Origin: Azolla caroliniana | Lineage: Eukaryota > Plantae > Polypodiophyta | Length of the DNA stretch: 64,000 nucleotides | Direction of reading: 5' to 3' | Assembly: GCA_043228905.1 (NCBI GenBank) | Contig: JBHGNT010000016.1 | Span: 10,416,001 to 10,480,000 of the forward strand | Shown: positions 60,095 through 64,000 of the stretch, one piece after another | How the letters are laid out: each line of letters opens with the position of its first letter | Numbering within the stretch: the stretch's first letter is position 1 | The notes under the pieces: generated by a model | Database searches by the model: none | Seen by the model: the letters and a program-made list of their open reading frames with translations, nothing else | Told to the model about the DNA's origin: nothing | Translations under genes and position numbers: made by a program

Positions 60095-63000
60095 TGAAAA
60101 AGATTATGTACGGAAGCAATAGAAAACGAACACAGAAAACACGCAGATTTAATGGAAAGCTTTACAGTATGCGGGAGAGATAGAGAAAGAGCAAAACAAC
60201 TCAGTTCTATTACAAAACAATAATAGTTTTCTGTACATGAAACGTGCTCAACAACACTATTTATACAAGTCCTGAGAGGACTGACAGAAGTACCACGTAC
60301 TTCAATGATCACTCGAGCGTCTGGCACTGACTATGAGACTATTAACTCCCTAGTAGTCTAGCTGCTACTAGGCTCCCCATCTCACCGGCTTACTTGCTCA
60401 CCGGGTCACCGATCCGGCTCATCCTTCTGGATGCCGATGCTCAGGCTTATTCAGCCGATCCGGATCCGGTTGAGCTTGCCGCTCCACACTCCCCCTCAAG
60501 CTCAATTTGAGGTCGAATCGTAGTGTCAGTCTCTATGGTAGCCGGTCCTTCTACCTGGCTCCTTCTGGCGTCACTTGGCCTTGCTCGCGCTCCTCGTCCG
60601 GTCCGGTCCTGTTTGCCGCGACCCTTCTGTTCCAGCGCACCTCGACTTCCTTGGTTGGCTTGTTTGCTCAACAGGCCTAATTCAGCTCCCTCGCTATTGT
60701 GACTTCAGCTTTTGCCGATTCGCCGATCCCGTCGTGTTGGCATCAACTTTTTCTGCCTTCTCGTCCTCTTGGCCTTGAATTGATCCAGTTCTTCTGAATC
60801 CTTTTGTAGAACCGAATCGGCTGTCTTCGATTCGTTCCAGCTCTTGTCCGAATCGGTTGCTCCCGATTCGTCTTCCGGTTCCAGGCCCTTCACCACATCG
60901 GACCATGTTCGGTCGACTCTTCCCTTCTTGACTCTACCTCCGCTGCCGCTTGTTCCAACTTGTTCGGATGTGTCAACTGCCTTTGTCGACTCGGCTCCTT
61001 TCTTCTTCATGTCTCTCCCCTTGTCGGTTCTTCCCTCACCGGCGCAATCAGCAGTCTCTTTGCCTTTGCCCGATCCGGTGGTGTCTTTGCCCATTCTCCC
61101 CCTCAAGTGTGGCACATCAAGATGCTGAACACCAAGCATTTCGGTGAAGTGCTACAACTTGTCTGATTCGAGCGGTTTGGTGAAGATGTCGGCAACTTGC
61201 CGATCTGTATGAACATACCGAAGTTCGACTTCACCGCTCAGGACACGCTCACGCAGGAAGTGGTAGTGCACTTCAATGTGCTTTGTGCGAGCTTGGAATA
61301 CGGGGTTCTTGGCGAGCTGCATGCTGCTTATGTTGTCATAGTAGATCAGGGTCGGAGTCGGCACCTCGATCTGCAAGTCTTGCAGCAATCGCCGAAGCCA
61401 AATGGCTTCATAGATGGCAACTGTAGCGCCCCCGTATTTAGCCTCAGTGCTCGACAGAGCCACTGTTGGCTGCTTTTTGCTGCTCCACGCAACAATTGTG
61501 CTACCAAGGGAAAACATATAGCCGGAAGTTGAACGACGATCTCATGCATCGCCGGCCTAGTCGACATCCGTGTAACCGACTAGCTCTTCGGTCATACCTC
61601 GCCGGTATTACAGTCCCTGGTCCTTCGTGCCGCTCACATACCGCAATATTCGGTGTGCGCACTGAAGATGCTCTACAGTCAGCTTCTGGATGAATTGGCT
61701 AATCACACCGATCGGATAGCTGATGTCGGGTCGACTGATGGTCAAATATATAAGGCTTTTGACAATTTGTCGGAACCGTTTCTCATCGCAAACCGGTCCG
61801 GAGTTGGGACAGAGCTTCTAGTTCTGGTCTAGGGGTGTAGAAATAGGGCGGCATTCCATCATGCCGAACTTGTACAACATATTCAACACATAGTGTCTCT
61901 GTGAGAGCAATATGCTGCCGGGGGTTCGGATCACCTCGATACCAAGGAAGTAGTGAAGGTCCCCTAGGTCCTTCATCTCAAATGCGTCCAACAGTTGGGA
62001 CTTAACTCGATTGATTTCATCGAGTCCGGGTCCGGTGATGAATCATCAACATACAACAAGATGCATACCGGACCGTCCGAACCTTGCTGGATGCACAACG
62101 AAGAGTTAGACTTGGAGGCGGAAAACCCCATCTTACGCAACTGGTGCGTGATCTTCGCATTCCAAGCTCGGGGGTCTTGTTTTAGGCCATAAAGTGACTT
62201 CTTCAGCCGGCATACCGTCGACTTGTTCATCCCCGACTGGAAACCAGGGGGTTGGGTCATAAAGACCTCTTCTTCAAGATCGCCGTGAAGAAATGCATGT
62301 CGGGAACTCAAGGCTCCTTATGCACAACGCTTGGCCACAACCGAGCTTAGAATCATACACAGAAAACAGGAAACGGAAAACACGCGACACAAAGGAGAAG
62401 AAAAAAAAAATGTACACAGGATGTTTACGTGGAAAACCCAAACTAAGGGAAAAACCACGGCAGCCCACAGGCTGCAAACTATCGCTATGTTAGAATGTAC
62501 AACAGTGAGTTCACGGAGGCAACGACCTCGTGCTCACGATCCTCGCCACAGGCGGTGGTTACAACAGAGGCTACGACCTCTTCCTCTCTCTCTCTCAGTG
62601 TACACTATTACGTGCTCTCTCTTCTTCTTGCACCAACAAGAAATGACAACAACAAAATTATAACTAAAAGTTTGCACTAAGTCATATTTATACTAATATG
62701 ACTTTTCGGCTATTTACAAATATAGCCTCGATGGACTCTCAGAAACATATTTATGAATATGTCTCTTCATCCGATTCTCACCGGGTCTGCACCATCCGGC
62801 TCTCCGTAGCCGGGTACTCCTCATCCGGATCTCACTAGGTCTGCACCATCCGGCTCTCCGTAGCCGGGTACTCCTCATCCGGTTCTCACCGGGTCTGCGT
62901 CATCCGGCTCTCCGTAACCGGGTACTCCTCATCCGGTTCTCACCGGGTCTGCACCATCCGACTCTCCGTAGCTGGGTACTCCTCATCCGGTTCTCACCGG

Positions 63001-64000
63001 GTCTGCACCATCCGGCTCTCCGTAGCCGGGTACTCCTCATCCGATTCGGCACTGTTCTTCTCTCTTCCCATCCGGAGGGACCTGTCTCCCAACTATGCAT
63101 TCTTCACGTCCATTTGGTGAAGATGCCACCCCCTTGCCACAACAACTGCTACGTCCACACGAACCGTCGTCATCTTCGCTGCTAGAGCAAAGGTCTCGTC
63201 GTAGTTGATTCTATGGGTCTGCGCATATCCCTTTGCCACTAACCGGGCCTTGTACCGGTTAACTGAACCGTCGGTGTTGTACTTTACCTTGTACACCCAC
63301 TTGCACCTGATCGGTTTACAGTGATGGGGAGGGTCAACTACGTCCCATGTATCGTTGGCATCAAGTGCCCACATCTCTTCCTCCATAGCGGCACGCCAAT
63401 TTGCATCCCTTTCCGCTTCTGCATAGCTCTTTGGCTCACGCACTTCTGCCACCTTGGTCATGTATGCATAGTGATGCGCCATGTACTCATTGTACCCGTA
63501 CCGCTTAATAGGTTCCTTCTGGTGGGTTGACAGACGTAACCCACCATGACTCGGTTTGAGGCCCTTCTTGGCCGGTTTGGTTTTTATTGCCGAAGATCCG
63601 CCTCCTCTTATACCGGAGTTAGATCCGCTCCGATCCGACTCATCATTACCGGTTTCATAATCCGGCATCTTCTTCTTCCCCTTTTCTTTGCGCGTGAACC
63701 GTCTCCTCGGTTCCTTGCGCGGGGAGAGTACGACAGAGTCTTCACTACTTGCCGGTTCCTTATCTAACGGTCGGATTGACCCAGTCTCTCGTTCGGCCCA
63801 CTTAACCGAAATGAGATCGAACTCTCTTCTAGAGTGCCGACATCCTCATCTTCTAATTGGATTGGTTCAGGCTCACTAGCCTCATCCTCCAGTATCGGGT
63901 CGGGGTCGGAAGTCGGAGCTGGTAAGGCATACCATGATGCCGTCTCATCAAACTCAACATCCCGGCTAACTTGGAACTGCTTCGTCCGGGGGTTGTAACA
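60095..64000 (-). mobile_element. Ty1/Copia 3' half: RT, RH, C-terminal extension, PPT 60489-60497, 3' LTR ~60095-60488; continues beyond window
   Basis: [57 protein letters not shown]. Confidence 0.88.
62298..63094 (-). mobile_element. Solo LTR (797 bp) related to the LTR of 4877-10396, TSD ATGCA, with ~5 x 54-bp tandem repeat
   Basis: ATGCA at 62293-62297 and 63095-63099; removal restores DVKNAFLHGDL. Shares GGTCCCTCCGGATGGG, GGCTATATTTGTAAATAGCC and ATAAATATGACTTAG with the 4877 LTR. Confidence 0.9.

Noticed and set aside
62770-63045. CRISPR-like regular repeats (also ~4950-5100 and ~9770-9915)
   Set aside because: Head-to-tail tandem units without unique spacers, inside LTRs; eukaryotic context and no cas genes.

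Overview
Eukaryotic, almost certainly land-plant nuclear DNA; a fern or other non-seed plant is my inference from the transposon lineages and the giant intron. About 90% of the window is nested retroelements. There is one host gene, a 5-exon soluble epoxide hydrolase (alpha/beta hydrolase, 317 aa, + strand, 17035-32963). Its first intron is 14.1 kb and is filled with Copia, LINE and hAT-MITE insertions. Two LTR retrotransposons are structurally complete with near-identical LTRs and 5-bp TSDs: a Ty1/Copia (4877-10396, +) and an Athila-like Ty3/Gypsy with an extra ~936-codon ORF (49330-59187, -). The rest is decayed Copia, chromovirus, tRNA-Trp-primed Gypsy and LINE copies plus solo LTRs. Most unusual signal: the Athila-like element, and a second element with an unrelated-looking LTR (39180-40932), have no polypurine tract next to the 3' LTR. 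Both carry a conserved copy of a tRNA(Arg)-like 3' end exactly 2 nt from the LTR, suggesting non-canonical plus-strand priming. All coordinates were read by eye; family assignments are from motif recognition, not database searches.
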